A stretch of DNA of 64,000 nucleotides from positions 92,008,001 through 92,072,000 of the forward strand of contig NC_042997.1 in the NCBI RefSeq assembly GCF_006345805.1. Reading direction: 5' to 3'. The notes below the pieces were generated by a model. It had not been told where the DNA came from and made no database searches. It saw only the letters and a list, made by a program, of their open reading frames with translations. This stretch comes from Octopus sinensis (taxonomy: Eukaryota). A program made the translations under genes and the position numbers. Positions 41,301-56,075 of the stretch are shown here, piece after piece (positions within the stretch are counted from its first letter, which is position 1; every line of letters starts with the position of its first letter).

Positions 41301-41828
41301 AAAATTTGATTATGGCATGACACATCTGATATGAAAAGATTTGTTTTGACTAGTAAAAGTACAACACTAACTTTTCAGACAATGATGGTCTGGAACCTTT
41401 TATAATCCACATTAATTTAGGAGCAGGAAATTCAAATTCCTATGGCCAACAGACTAATCTATTCATTCCTTGCAGAATACAGTATTAAAAAACTTTATCA
41501 TTTATACTAATGTACAAGTGACTTTTATGTCATTTAATAATGACCATCCCAGGTTCAGAAAAATCATGATCCAGAAAGGCTTTGGAACAAAAGGTTAAAA
41601 AAAATTGATATTGTATCTGTACTAGGAATCTAGTTCATAAGTAGTTTTATATTATTAAAAACAGAATAATGGATGGCACAAGCTAAGAAAAAAAGCTTAA
41701 GGTAAGTGTTTAAAGAGCTAACATGAACAATTTTACATAAAAAAAAATTGTGTCTTAAAAAAATAATGTGTATTGTGTCTATTTTTGTTTGTAAATTTAA
41801 CAAATTGATTGATTGAAAATTACATCTG

Positions 41829-41863
<35 letters not shown>

Positions 41864-42566
41864 CATATATATAAAACAAATCACTTCTAGGCTCCAAATG
41901 ATCTTTGAAAGCCAGTATTTAGCTTCAGTTTCATGGTGTGAAACTGTTGACAGACTGAATACAAGTCTATAATAGGTACCTACACTAAATAGTTAAGTGA
42001 AGTGAGTTGATATAGAATAAGGTGTTCTTCCAAGGAACACGAAATTACCCAATAGATTATCCACTTGACTATCTCACCTTTACTCACAACACACACACAC
42101 ACACAGTATAATCAGGTAAAGTTCAAATGTCAAACAAGGAGTACAACAATATATGATATATGAAACAAAGTTGATCTTATATTACAACTATAAACACTTA
42201 ACAGAAGAACAAAATTGCCAGTTTCCTCAAGCTTGGGTCACCAGATGGGTTTACTTGAAGCTACAAGAAATTTCTCATTTGACAAGATAGATCCAATGAC
42301 TAGCTCTGAAAAGGCAGTAGCAATGTTGTTTAGTTAAGTCCATAAAACTGTAATATAAAATTAGTTAATTCTATTTCATATCCTGGAGCTATGTTCATCA
42401 AATCTGACTGGATATATTTAATGACCATAGCTCCAAGGAACTGTGAGATAACTGCAATATAAAATAATACATATGTATAGTTCAGACCAAAGACAGTATA
42501 TATATATATTTCTCTGTATGAATTTGAATGTCTTTAAATAAATAACATCCATAAGTTAATTTTATC

Positions 42567-42569
<3 letters not shown>

Positions 42570-42650
<81 letters not shown>
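42570..42650. repeat. (CT)n(CA)n microsatellite
   Basis: Read directly. Confidence 0.95.
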
Positions 42651-42653
<3 letters not shown>

Positions 42654-44385
42654 GTTGGTAGTCTCTCAAGTTTGAGAAAGAGGATTCCACAATTTCTTGC
42701 TGAATAACCTGCATAGATGATTTGTTTATAGGGATCAAATATTTGTACTGCTAGTAGCTTACTCTATCAAATCAACATTACCTGTACAGGTGCATAATGT
42801 GCCACATGTCAGAAGTTGAAATGATTGCAGAGCAACATGAAATGAAGTGTTTTGCTCAAAAACACAATGCACCACTCAGTACAGGAATTGAAACCAGTAC
42901 CACAAGATCATGAGTGCAGGAACCTAACTACTAGACCACAAGCCATATTTGATAGTATATCAAGTCAAACTCAGCAGTGGAGAGTGCTTTATCATAATAT
43001 AATGGGAGAAGAGAAAATGCATGTGTGTATTGAATTGGCTCATGATAATGAATTGTAAAACATGACTAGATTTTTGTAATACACTGATGGAGTATATTAA
43101 CAAAACATACTTCAGTATTATTAGTTTGAGTTCGAAGGAAGTGAAATGATCACAGTATAACAAAGTTTGTAAGTCATTGATTAGATAGCTTCTAGATGGT
43201 ATTTGAAACATTGCAAATTTATGTAAAGCAAGCAATTTCAAATACTGAAATGTTTGAGAAACAATATAAAATTCTTGTTTTGATAAAACCATTTTTTCAT
43301 ATTCCATAAGAGCATTAGAAATTAATCAAGGCACTTCATGACAGAATTAAATTAAATTTTCTTTTAAAACTTGATAAAGTTTTATATAAGCAATATATTC
43401 CAATATAAAACTTATTATTGGCTGGAGTTTGTATGAGTAGATTCAAAGAATTTTCTCAAAAGGTTTGATGAGGAAAACTTATTTTTAAGAGATTTAAAAA
43501 TAAGACTTTGTAGAGCAATTCTCTGATTTGAGCATTTTCCATTTACAATTATTCCCCCTTCTAACTGTAGTGAAGAGAATCAAATGACAATAGCAACTTC
43601 TTTTGACTGAAGACGAAATTAATTTCTCTGGATACATAGAATCCATCTTAGTCTGTGACTGATATTCAGATGGATTGAAAGACAAAACTGTACCCCTCTC
43701 CCACACCACCACTATACTGTAAACTTAAAACAGTGTGGAACTGCCCTAATTACACAGAAGAATTCAATTTGGGATTGCCTTTATCATCTTCACTACCTTT
43801 GTGTCAATAATAACATGGATGATTAATAAAAGCCATAAACTGAAACAATTATTGTTATCAATGAATACAAACAGTGAAAGCCAGTTTCCTCAGGTGAGTA
43901 ACTGGTTCTCATAGATATTTTTAAGGATGGTTACAATGTAAAAAACAAAATAAAAATCCTATGTTGTAAGATGAAATGAATTACAAAACTGTAGATATTT
44001 TGGCATATAATGTGTCAAAATGAAGAACTGGTCATAAAAGCAACTGACTCAAAAAGTTACTGGTCCCAAATACTACACTTTGATAAAATTCATTCAAGCT
44101 TTGGTAGTTTTCATGTTGGTCAACAGTTGAATAAACAAATGCTTTTCTGATGATCAAACTCTGATTCAGACTGTCAATTATATTAACAGCAAAAATATTA
44201 GTAGTACCATTGGATATATATACAGAAGAGAATGATGAAATTCATCTTGGCTTTGGTTTTTAAGTTAATGGTCAGTTTATGAGTTGAACATTTGTTTGAG
44301 ATTTACAATATATATAATAATGCATTTTTTGGACTTTGGAATAGAGTATTTTGGTCACAATCAAATTTCATTCATTATGTTGCAT

Positions 44386-44484
44386 TTAAGCTTTGATAGA
44401 AAGTATTGGCTGTGGTTTTGCTGGGTATTTGAAAAATAATGCAAACTGGAAAAGGCATAGCAAAACACCACACATATTGGGCAT
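44386..44484 (-). CDS. SLC50A1: SWEET1 last coding exon
   Basis: ttttctttcag|ATGCCCAAT... encodes MPNMCGVLLCLFQFALFFKYPAKPQPILSIKA*, with the conserved PN of TM7; TAA at 44388-44386. Confidence 0.93.
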   Translation of the reverse strand: MPNMCGVLLCLFQFALFFKYPAKPQPILSIKA

Positions 44485-45910
44485 CTGAAAGAAAAGGTAA
44501 ATTAGAGTTAATAAAACTAAGAAAAAACCCATTATAATACAAAATGCTTAAAGTTTTATACAAATTGAATTATTGAATGAAATGATTTATTATCAAAAAT
44601 GTAACTCATTCTAAATAAATTCACTTAAAAGTAAATTGTATCTATATGTTGTTGTTTATGATCAAAGGCATTCAAGTTATAACTGGGAATAATGCACTTT
44701 GAGCTCTATTATTTAATTTGGTAGAATGGTTGGTATTTCTGGCAAGTGAAGAAACCTCATAGAAGTTTACCAATAAGCTCATAAAGCAATAACGCAGAGA
44801 TACAATTACTAAGCATGTTAAAGAAACAGTTGTGCACTACACTCTACACATGAACAATATACAACTAAAGCCCTTAAAGTCATTACAAAGGCTTAAGTAT
44901 CATGATCTCTAGTGATCTTTTAAGGTAAGCTCACATATATAACATTGCCATAGAATCAATGTTCTATATATGTGTATATATAATGTATCTCAAAAATTGG
45001 GGGTGCTACAAAAAATAAAAACTTCAGCTCCGATCAATTTCTGATCCTGTTAAGTTGAAGTAAGTACAACCCATGTTGGTGAACTGCTTATACTTTGAGA
45101 CAATCGTATTGTGACACACACATAAACCCTGTACTGCATCCCAAAAAAGGCTGTTCAGTTTATTGTGAAAAAGCTTAATCAACAACATGCTATATGCACT
45201 ATATTTTTTTCTTCCCAATAACTTCCTATAGCCTGCACTGTAGATTCTACTGAGACAATGATTTATGTTACTCTAAACAAGTAATCTGTATACAATTTCC
45301 ACCCAAGCTCAACCTGACACACAACTGTTTCTTCTCTTTGCCATCCTTACTGTTTTTCTCTTCCTAGATTCTGCATTATTTTCCCAATTCCTTCCTAGAA
45401 CAGAAATCCTCTGTAACTCACATTCTAGCCATTGATACTAACCTACAGAAATTGAGGTATCGTAGATGCTTCTCTACCTCTAACCAAGTAATAAAAAACA
45501 TGACAATAGTGGTTGCAACCTCAAGTTAGTATCACAAGTAGAACAAACTTACAAACATCCCAGAACTATACTTGTCTCATGTAATTTAATTCTTTGAAAT
45601 TTTCAAGACTTAGCTAGCAAAATACTTCGCTATCCTTTTTTTAAATATAGAATTTTCACATAAAAAAAATTCTTTTATCTTAGTTTTCTAATTCTTACAT
45701 ATTTGGGTAGTTTGGAACATGGCATACCATTGGATACTTTTTCAAGAAAACTCTCTCAGATATGAACTGGTCATGCTACCTCCTTTCCATTATGTAGACT
45801 GATACAAACAGAATAATGCATCTTACTCAAAGCTAATTATTTTTGAGTAAGCAGACATCCAATCAACCATGTTTAACGAATATAAATATCAAACTTTTAC
45901 TAATAAACTA

Positions 45911-46657
45911 GTCCGTTAGAAAATCTGTTTGAGATAGAAGCAGTATATGAACCAAAAAATATTGCTTATGGCCACTTTAACCCCAGGAAGACCTCCTCCA
46001 GCTGGTTTATTCAGTGTGCTTCTCGCACCCAATATTTATTGCAAGCAGGAGATAACTCCTGCCACCCTAACTTCAAGACCACCAGACAATATGGATTCGA
46101 TTTATATTGGATCTCTTTGGTGGTAGATACTCATTGCCAAGCATGGCAGAAGTTTACCTCATTTGCAATATAGAGAAAACAGTGTCATAGAATCACTGAT
46201 TTTGTAAGTAGGAAACTAGTCTGTTAGAAAATCTGTTTGAGATAGAAGCAGTATATGAACTAAAAAGTATTGCTTATAATCACTTTAATGTGACTGTCCT
46301 CTAAGACATGATGAGACTGCCATTTAACCCCAAGAGGACATCTCCGGCAGCTGGTAATAAACGAGCTGGAGGAGAAGCAATAATGTTTGGTTCATATACT
46401 GCTTCTATCTTGAAGAGAATCTTTAACAGTCTAGTTTCCTAGTTACAAAATCAGTGATTGTATGACACTGTATCTTCTATATATTGCAAGCGAAGTAAAC
46501 TGCTGCCATGCCTGGCAACAAGTACCCACCACCAAAGAGATCCAATACAGATCAAAACCACATGATCTGGTGGTCTTGAAGTTAGGGAGGCAGGAGTTAT
46601 CACCCGCTACAAATAAATACCGGATGCAACAACCACATTGAAGTGGCCATAAGCAAT
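45911..46657. repeat. ~308-bp unit present as ~1.2 direct copies plus one inverted copy (SLC50A1 intron 5)
   Basis: 45911-45980 repeats at 46219-46290; ~46035-46275 is the reverse complement of ~46375-46620. Confidence 0.85.
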
Positions 46658-46869
46658 ACTTTTATTGTCATTTTAGTAAAAAGACATTTGTGCACATATT
46701 GATACAGATATCCTTTCTTTTATAGAACATATTTTATTATTTGGAGTAAACTCTAAATATCCTTACTCATTTCAGGTAAAAGAAAAGAAAATCAACATTT
46801 TGACAATTTTTTTTTCAGCCACGTGGGAAGTGAGATTTACAATTACATTAACTTAACAAAAATACTGAC

Positions 46870-46989
46870 CTGCATATAAAAGTCTTTTAACAAAGCTCCA
46901 TAGAGAAACCATTCAAGAGCAACCACAAAATTGGCCGTAGCTAATGGAAAAGACATACATTCAGTGCTTTTGGTTCTAACCACGTGAAA
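46870..46989 (-). CDS. SLC50A1: SWEET1 exon 5 (120 nt)
   Basis: tttccag|TTTCAC...ATGCAG|gtcagt encodes FHVVRTKSTECMSFPLATANFVVALEWFLYGALLKDFYMQ (TKS..MS and W..YG motifs). Confidence 0.96.
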
Positions 46990-48879
46990 CTGGAAAATAA
47001 TTTTAAATTCTTCTATAAAGTCACAACATATTTTCATACATCAAAAAATGTTAGTTCATAGCAACTCTATTAATGATAAAGCCTATTGTCTCTGTCTGTC
47101 TCTTTGACAGACAGACACACACACAAACAAACACACACTCCAGACACACAATTTCATCAAAAAACTTTAGAGTTGTTTGGTAGTTAGGCAAAGTCAGTAA
47201 TTAATAGGGGTTTTTTTTCTATAATGCACCATTTTTGCATATTACAAGGGGAACATAAATCAAAAGGGTTCCCAATATGAATCAAACTTATTATCTTTGA
47301 CTAGTTAACTTCCTTTGATAATTAATTCCTGCTTGTGTAGAACCTATTTTAGAAAACTTATTAACTAGCATCATTTCAGTTTATGTGAATAACCTCAACT
47401 GACGAACAATTGATGACTGAATTCTAAGTTGAAATCTTCACTTGAAATGTAGGGTTCTTGTTAGTACCACCCTTTTTTGGAAAGTAGATAAATGAAGACA
47501 ATCAAATATTTTGGACTGGCCTTGTAATAATAAATATTTTAGTGTTTTTCTTTTGGTATTTCCTACATAAAAATGATCCTTGATTACATATGCTTACCAA
47601 ACTATGTTACCAAATTTGAGATATGGGTTAACTATAACTTGTAAAGCATTGGAAAGGCATAACTTGTCCTTTTTAGTAATCATTAAACAAAGTTCTTGGA
47701 ATAAAATGTTGACATTTGGCAAGACAATATTCCCATTTAATGGGCAGTTGTTGATATTTTTACAATGTAGTGCTTTGTACTTATAACTATTCTTGGGGGC
47801 TCTAGTAGGATTAGTATTGAACTCGAAGGTATTGGAGGACGTAAGTCTTCAGATAGTTTGATTTTATATAACTTTTGTCTCTGTAATGCTGTCAGGAAAG
47901 TTTGGCATGGTAGAGTATGATAGCTTATGGCAAGGTAGGAAGTTAATTTTAAGTGGAAAGAATATTTTAAGTATTCTAGTTTTTACTTAGAGATTGCATG
48001 GAGCATTATCCCATTCCTATATTTATTTTTCTCATGAGTGCAACTCAATCTAGTTTTTGTGGTTATGTTAGGTAGATTTGGTTCAGTACACTGACTCTCG
48101 CTTTCTAAATTATACATATAGCTGAAATCATTGCATTTGCTGCATGGTATTGGATGGGTGTTGCTAAATTTGGTATTCCTTGTGTTTTTATTTCTATCAT
48201 TATCCTTGTTCTTGCTTTTGACATTATAATCATTATTTTTACTAACAATATCATTACCATTACTCTTAGCATTACTAATGATATTTATTGAGTAGGTGCT
48301 GTTCTTGTAGTTGCCATGATTATTAATATTATTTTACTAGCACAAAATTTATCAATTTTATTCTTAAAGTTTGTGATTTTAAAGTAGTTCAAGTTACCAG
48401 GGATGGAATTTGTGTGTCTAGGTGTAGAAAAGTTTCATGATGATTTTTTTCTGCACTTTCATTAAACAAATATGTAGTGTGAATTTGAAGGTTGACGTTG
48501 GGCATATATGTAATTTTTTTCTGTATAGTTGTTTCTATTAACAACCTCATAATAATATCAGACAATGTCATAAAAAAAATTTCACATTTAGCAGATAATT
48601 TAAATACTCAGATAGAGATATTTTTCATTATTCCAATAATCACACATGTATTATGATTAGATTCCCTGTGAATGTAGTATAAAGTTTCATTCAGCTAATT
48701 GTAAAAAATTTAGAAGTTACCAACGTGCTCCCGGTGCCTGAGGAGAGGAAGCTAGGAGCATGTCTTCAGTAGCTGTCCAAAACCCTTAGGAGAGGGAAAC
48801 TACTGTTAGAGGCAACAACTGGTGTTGCCTCTAACAGTAGTCAACTGCTACAAGAGTAAAAGTGATGCCTTAGAAAGAA

Positions 48880-49910
48880 GTAATTAAAGAGGTAACATAA
48901 TTTTGGACCAAGCCATGAAAGTCACAGAAAGAGTTATAGCTTAACAAATTAGGAAGACAATTAGCCTATATGAGATGCAGTTTGGTTTAGTGCTGGGCTG
49001 AATTATTACTCATGTTCTCTTTTTAGTAAGGCAAATGCAGAAGAAGTATTTGGCCAGAAGTAAACCACTGTATTACAGAAAGCATACAAATAGGTCCCTC
49101 ACTTCCTGATCTGATGGTTGCTGTGGAAGCTAGAAATAAATGCTATCTGTGAGGTGAGAGTTGGCAATGAGTGCACCAATAAATTTTGTGTTCAGGTAGG
49201 AGTTCACCAGGGCTCAGTCTCCTCCTATTTATTATGGTTCTTCAGACCATAACAAAAGAGTTTAAGACTGATTTCCTGTGGGAACAACTCAACACTGATG
49301 ATTTTATTCTTATAGCAGAATCTATATTAGAATTATAAGTAAAATTCCATGAGTGGAAGCAAAACCTGGAATCAAAAGGCCTTAAAATTAACTTAGCGAA
49401 AACCAAAGTTATAGCAAGCAGGAAAACTAACAGAAGGCTAATCCTTTTGAGAAAATGATCTCATTTGATGTATGGAAAAAATGTAGGTAGAAATTCCACA
49501 TTATGTACATGGGAGAAAACTATGGCCACATAAGAAGTACAGTGGAATTACAAGAAGGTTATCAGAGAAAGTAGACTTTATGGTAGAAGTGATGAGGTAA
49601 TATTCACTTGTACAGAAGGATCCTTAGAGTTAGTACATAGCTCATGCTACCTAGGTAACTTAATTAACAATGAATGAGGTTGTTCTGAGAGAACAGTTGC
49701 TTACAAAAGAACCAACTGGAGAAAGTTTAGAGAAATATTACCTCTTTTGGTAACAAAAGACTTCTCCCACAAAGAAGAAAGGCAGAACTTACAATGCTTG
49801 TGTATGAACAACAATGCAACATGTTAGTGAAATGTGGGCCATGACTGCAGAGGACATGTAAAGACTAGAAAGAAATGAAGCTGGCATACTTCACTGGACA
49901 AAGTAACAAA
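48880..49910 (+). mobile_element. Heavily decayed RTE LINE RT fragment (SLC50A1 intron 4)
   Basis: Alignable with 31155-32100 (GVHQGSV, NLAKTKV, WRKFREILPLL). Confidence 0.82.
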
Positions 49911-51126
49911 GATTGCCAGCAAGATGCTGAGCCTCACAGAAGAGATAACAAAGGACTGAGACGATTGGTGATTTGCTGTGTTCCAGAAGACACATCCTTA
50001 TCAGCAAAAAGAAAATCCTAAAAGCTTATTTATACCTATGCCCTCCCCATCACAGTCTATCCCTGTCTAGATTCTCCACAATCCATCTTTCTACAGCCAT
50101 CCCTGCATATATGGCACTATTTATACAGTTGCTGTAATTATGTGGGGGAAGAACTGCACATATTTCATTCTTCTTCTATGCTACCAGTTATCCTTCTCCT
50201 TGGAACCACTTCCTTTATTATCCATCATGCTTTCATCCTTTACTATTTTATTTCTCATTGAATGCCCTTTCTTTGAAAACCCCCTCATATCTACCATCTC
50301 TTTTGTTCATCATTTGTACCTTTGGCCACCTCCTTTGTCCATGCATCCCTCTCTCACTTCCCCAACCAACACTTCACCTAGTCTTCCTGTTTCTCATTTG
50401 TTGACCCCCCCCCCTTTATGTACCGCCACTTATCACCCTCTCCTCCCCTCCTACCTGATCCACTTCTATTGTCCTTCACCTTACCCCAAATCTAAAATTC
50501 AACCATTTACCACTTCTCCACCAGTGTTCACTTTTCACATCATTCACTTCTATCCCCATCCTAATGATTTTGTTACTCTACTTTCACACTCTCACAATTA
50601 CCCATTTACCTTTCCCAATCTTCTGACCTCTTCTCTCCTATATGTGCTTGCTTGTATCTCAAGGGTACGCCCAGACATCTCAGCATTTTTTTTCTTTCCA
50701 GCTGAGGTAGCCATGTATCTCTTCTGCAACAAAACACTTGCTCCTAACCCCCTTTCAAATTTAGCCTCTCAACAATCAGCATAAAGCCATACCAGTTGAG
50801 AAGGCTTGTCTTGTGAGTTATTTGGTGACCTCGCTAGAGCTAGTGCCATAAAAAAAAAAGCACCCTGTACACTCTGTAAAATGGTTGACATTAGGAAAAG
50901 GCATCCAGCCATAGAAACCATGCCAAAGCAGACACTAGAACTCAGTGCAGTCCTTTGGGCTGTCATATCTTGTCAAACAATCCACCCCATGCCAGAATGG
51001 AAGGCAAATGTTAAATGATGTGTGTGTGCATTCATATGGATATTATTTCCATATCCAAATAATAGTAATTGTAATTAAAAACAGGTTAACTAAGAGAAAT
51101 CAAAATAACACTGAATGAATACTTAC

Positions 51127-51288
51127 CACAGAAGCAAGAGGTGAACCATAAGAGAAAATACTAATAATACAACATAAGCGTCCAAGAAAGTCAATAGCAC
51201 TGGATTCATCAGGTAGGTAGAATCTAATGTAGCTTAAAGGTAAGAGCAGGAACACTATACCAAAAAATAACATTCGATTTAGATGTCC
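51127..51288 (-). CDS. SLC50A1: SWEET1 exon 4 (162 nt)
   Basis: gatgttttcag|GGACAT...TCTGTG|gtaagt encodes GHLNRMLFFGIVFLLLPLSYIRFYLPDESSAIDFLGRLCCIISIFSYGSPLASV (SPL motif). Confidence 0.95.
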
Positions 51289-52154
51289 CTGAAAACATCA
51301 AAAGGAATATAATAATAAGCAAGTATAAGTGAAAATGTTTAAAAACAAAAATATGATTAATAAGAATGGCTTCTGCATAGTTATAAAATCAAAACCTTAG
51401 ATCAGCTATTGAAATGTTTTACAGATAGGGAATTGGAATGTTAATTTTAGGGTGGCAAACTGGCAGAATCATTAGCATACCGGGCAAAATGCTTTGTGGC
51501 ATTTCGTCTGTCTTGACATTTTGAGTTCAAATTCTGCCAAGGTTGAGTTTGCTTTTTATCCTTTCCGGGACAATAAAATAAGTTACCAGTAGAACACTGG
51601 GGGCTGATGTAACTGACTTACCCCCTCCCTCAAACTTGCTGGCCTTGTGTTGAAATTTGAAATCAATATATCCCAGCCTTTCCTGAAGACCATTTTTGCC
51701 AACTGAAGATTCAGCTTGTTGATAACTTATGATACCTTCAACAGACAGGTTAATTAATATCAAAATAAATACATTGCGAAATATAAAATATTATGACCAG
51801 AAAATTTTTTATCAAATATTTCTTAATAACCCACAACATTTTTGTCTGTACAAAAAAATATAAAAGCAATCCAATTCTTACATATTGGTTTCAAATTTTG
51901 GCCCAAGGCCAAGTTTGGGTGATAGGTTAATTCGATTCCTCAAATTTTATTGGCCCTGAAAGGATGGAAAGCAAAGTTGAGCTTGGACAAATTTGAACTC
52001 AGAATGTAAGGACAGGCAAAATGTCGCTAAGCATTTTGCCCACTGTGCAAACGATTCTGCCAGCTAGTTGCCTTCCAATTCTCATATATCAACAAATTAA
52101 AACAGTTAATCCTGCTTCCTAGAGATTTAAAGTAAGTAAAGAGTTCTAATTATT

Positions 52155-52490
52155 AAGGTACTGGCCCAGTGGTTAAAGTGTTGGGCTCACAATCATGAGG
52201 TAGTGAGTTTGATTCCCAAATTGGGTTGTGTGTTGTGTTCTTGAGCAAGACACTTTATTTGACAATGCTCCAGTTCATTCAGCTGTAGAAATGAGTTGCG
52301 ACGTCACTAGTGCCAAGATGTATCGACCTTTGCCTTTCCCTTGGATAACATCAGTAGCATAGAGAGAGGAAGGTGGTATGCATAGGCAAATACTGGTCTT
52401 CAATAAACAACCTTGCACAAACTTGTGCCTTGGAGGGAACTTTCTTGATGCAATCCCATGGTCGTACATGACCGAAGGGGGTCTTTGACT
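52155..52490 (+). mobile_element. tRNA-derived SINE (third family)
   Basis: TGGCCCAGTGG A box and GAGTTTGATTCCC B box, followed by cttgagcaagacacttta. Confidence 0.7.
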
Positions 52491-53799
52491 TTTCTAATTA
52501 TGAATGAAAAGTTCATGTTTGGACAATGGCATTGTTGGTATTTTAATGAGTACATTAGCTTCATTAAATGAGACAATTAGTGAAAGGATAGTCACTACTT
52601 TTTCACAATTGAGCAAATGACATTAGAAGGGGTATTCAATGGTAAAACACTTGGTCAAATAAATTCATGCAAACATTTAAATTTGTACAATCTCATGCTA
52701 TATGATCAGCAAAAACAAAAAGCATACAAATAATAATCATAAAAAAAAAACTCATTCTATTTGTTTAACAACAATATTTCTAGTTGAGTTATTTTTAGAT
52801 GCCTATGATAACTGCAACTACAGTTATAATGTATATCAGTCACTTGTAAATGCATTTTACACTATATGCTTCACTAACTTCAGTTTCATAATATCCTCAT
52901 ACCTGGTCAACTCACACATGTCATTCATCCATATATATTGTTCTCATGATTCACCAGATCAGAACATATGATTATGTCAAAGATGTTTTGAAAACAAATG
53001 TAAAGTAAAATTGTTAATTTTTAGTTGCTACAACTTCTCATAGTAATCTGCTTACAAATAAAGTGTTTGGGTCTTCCTTAGCATCCCATCCAACCTAACT
53101 TATATCTCATGACCAATGTAAGTAAACTAACCACTTAAGCACTGATTAAATATGCTCCAAGAGGAATGAGGTTTAGAAGAATATAAGGGGATGTTGTAAC
53201 CAAAGAAAAAAAAAATGAATAAGAACAGAATCATCATTTAACATCCCCTTTTCCATACTGGCATGGATTTGACAAGAACGGATGAGGAAGAGGGCAGAAT
53301 CAAGTTCTATGCCTGCTTTGGAATGGTTTCTACAGCTAGTTGCTCATCCCGACACTAATCACATAATAGAGTGTACTAGGTGCTTACTGAATGACTTTAG
53401 CACCAGTGAGGTTGCCAAGTATCTGCAAGATAAGACCCCTCAACTACCTTACTTAGATTCTGTCTTGCTACATGGGATAAAATTTTGTTTATCACTGCTA
53501 CTGTTGGATTTAAGTACAAGTGGATAAGATATAGCACACTACTTTTTGGAAAGAGATCATGAAGTGGAAGTGAAAGAAAAAGATTCATAGAGGAACTATG
53601 TTCAATGTTTCACAAAGGTTTGAGGCAAGAGAAAAAAAATCAGCCATATTGGAGAAACATTAAAGCTTGCAACATTTGCATAGGCAGAAAAAAAAACATT
53701 ATGATAAAGAGAAAATTATGTCAAGTTCTCAAGTAGCAACTCTTTTAAAGACTTGGATTTTGATTTTTCATAGATTTAAAGTGATGTTTAAAATTGTAA

Positions 53800-54600
53800 G
53801 GATCTGTTATTAGACTGGATGTGTTGCGTCAGTAAACATGATGTAAAAGCAAGAAGATTGTATGATGATTTGCAGAAAATGGAATGTACAACTTTATATG
53901 CCAAAGAATTTCTGGCTAATAAATGATAGTCTAAAAGGTCTAAGAGGCATCATAATTTGCACAACATGAAAATGAGTAGTGAAGATGTCAATGTTGATAC
54001 AGGGGCTATTTATTAATTATCCTGAGGAGATGAAGAAAATTATTGCTGAAGGAGGTTGTACATCAGAATAAGAATATAATGTTGAAATTGGGCTTTTCTG
54101 GAAGTACATATCTATTAGGATTTTATTTTCAGTTGAGAAAAATCAACATCAAGCTTTAAAATTTCAAAAAATCATGTGATACTTCTTGTGAGAGGAAATA
54201 CTGTTAATGATATGAAAGTAAATCCCCTGTATGTGTATTAGACTCAAAATGCAAGGGCTTTCAAGGGGTATTTGATGTTTTAACTATCAGTGATTTGGCA
54301 TCCAAATAAAAAAAAGTTTGGATGAATACAAGCCTTTTTCCACAACAGATTTACAAACTTTTTTTTGCTCTGCTACTGAAATGTACATTGTCAAGTATAA
54401 TATTTCTATCAAAATATTGTTCCTTTCAGACAATTCATCAAGCCACCCAGTGAACTTAAATTTTCATTCTTATAATGTGAGAGTGGGATATATACTAAAG
54501 AATATAACTTCTTTGCTCCAGCCAATAGATCAATGTATCATCAAATGTTAAGGCATATTTTATGAGAACTTTGAAACAACAACAAGGGGAAGGCAAAACT
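53800..54600 (+). mobile_element. Decayed pogo/Tigger-like DDE transposase relic
   Basis: Fragments YNVEIGLFWK, LYVY*TQNARAFKG, LFLSDNSSSHP, TSLLQPIDQCII resemble pogo/Tigger (TIGD) DDE motifs. Confidence 0.78.
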
Positions 54601-55219
54601 ACTTATGAAAAAATATAATGGATGCAGTAGATATTATGTAAATAAAAGGACATAACTACAGATGTATACACCCCTGACTTTGTTGCCTCATAACATCCAG
54701 AAAAAGGTGTTAGGCAAAATAGATGGTCAGTCTCTAATGGTGGCAGAAAGTCAGCATCAAGATCTGTAAGACATGACACTGAATAATGATGTAGAAATTT
54801 GAAAATATCATTGGTGCATTGTTGAGATGCTAAGATCTCTTAGAGAAAGTTTGTCTAATGAAGAACTGATGACGTAAAAAACAAGAGGAAGCTGTAGAGT
54901 ATGATGAGTATATAGAAGCTCAATTTATATATACTAGTAGAAACCAGGTGGTTTTCTGCTAGCCACTTGATAATATTTTCACATTTGATTCCCAATTCTA
55001 ATAATTTTTATATTTTACACCTAATTATTTCTTTGTATAATAGTACTCACTTGCTTAGTAAATATTGCTTTCATTATTTTATCACAGTCATAATCTCTCT
55101 TTTTTTAAACAAACATCAAGGTAGTCCAACTATGGAGTGGATGGCAGTTTGTTAAGTTTTACCTTCCCCTCAAAGCAACATAGAGATTTTCAATTCAGCA
55201 GCCTATCAGTAAGCTTTGC

Positions 55220-55417
<198 letters not shown>

Positions 55418-56075
55418 ATTGCAAAAAGTGAATAAAATAAACATGAGATGAAAAAATTATATAAATAAAAGGGCATAACTATAGATGTATACAGCCCTGA
55501 CTTTGTTGCCTTATAACATCCAGAAAAAGGGATACTGTTTAACAAAATTTTCTACAAATACTGCTTAGATGTTGTGGCTTTAGAGTATATAGGGATTTAT
55601 GGGAAAGAATTTTTCTGAGGGGGTGGAGAGAGGAGTTTGGGAAAATTCATGCAATCCATCTTTTTCCCCTCACAACTTCCAGGAAATGGTCGTCTTTTAA
55701 TGAAAGTTTATACTAATACCTTTCAAATGGCATAGATTATAATTACAAAGAAATTTGTAGGGAAATTTTTTTCCAAGGGAATGGGGAGAGGAGTTTCGGA
55801 TCAGGAAAACCAAATAAGTTAAAACTATTCTTTTTCAATGGGGATTTTCCCCATTTTTTTTAAACCACAGCTTTTGAAATGATGGGGAGAGGGGAGCATC
55901 TTGATATGAAAAAAAGTTTTTAAAAATATTTCTTTACAATATCTCTCCTCCTTCATCATCCCACCACAGACCTATTTTGGCCAATTTTTGTTGCACTTCA
56001 AAACATAGGAGGAGTCTTTTCAGTAAAAAAAAAAAAAATTGTTAATATTTTCAGAGGGGAAAATAAGTGATTTAA

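Noticed and set aside
43750-43893. Plus-strand candidate exon RIQFGIAFIIFTTFVSIITWM...FPQ with a gtgagt donor
   Set aside because: Lies antisense in the probable SLC50A1 3' UTR; weak acceptor; no partners identified.
50140-50784. 214-aa plus-strand ORF
   Set aside because: Pyrimidine-rich low-complexity DNA giving a Pro/Ser/Leu/His-rich translation; antisense within an SLC50A1 intron; no recognisable motif.
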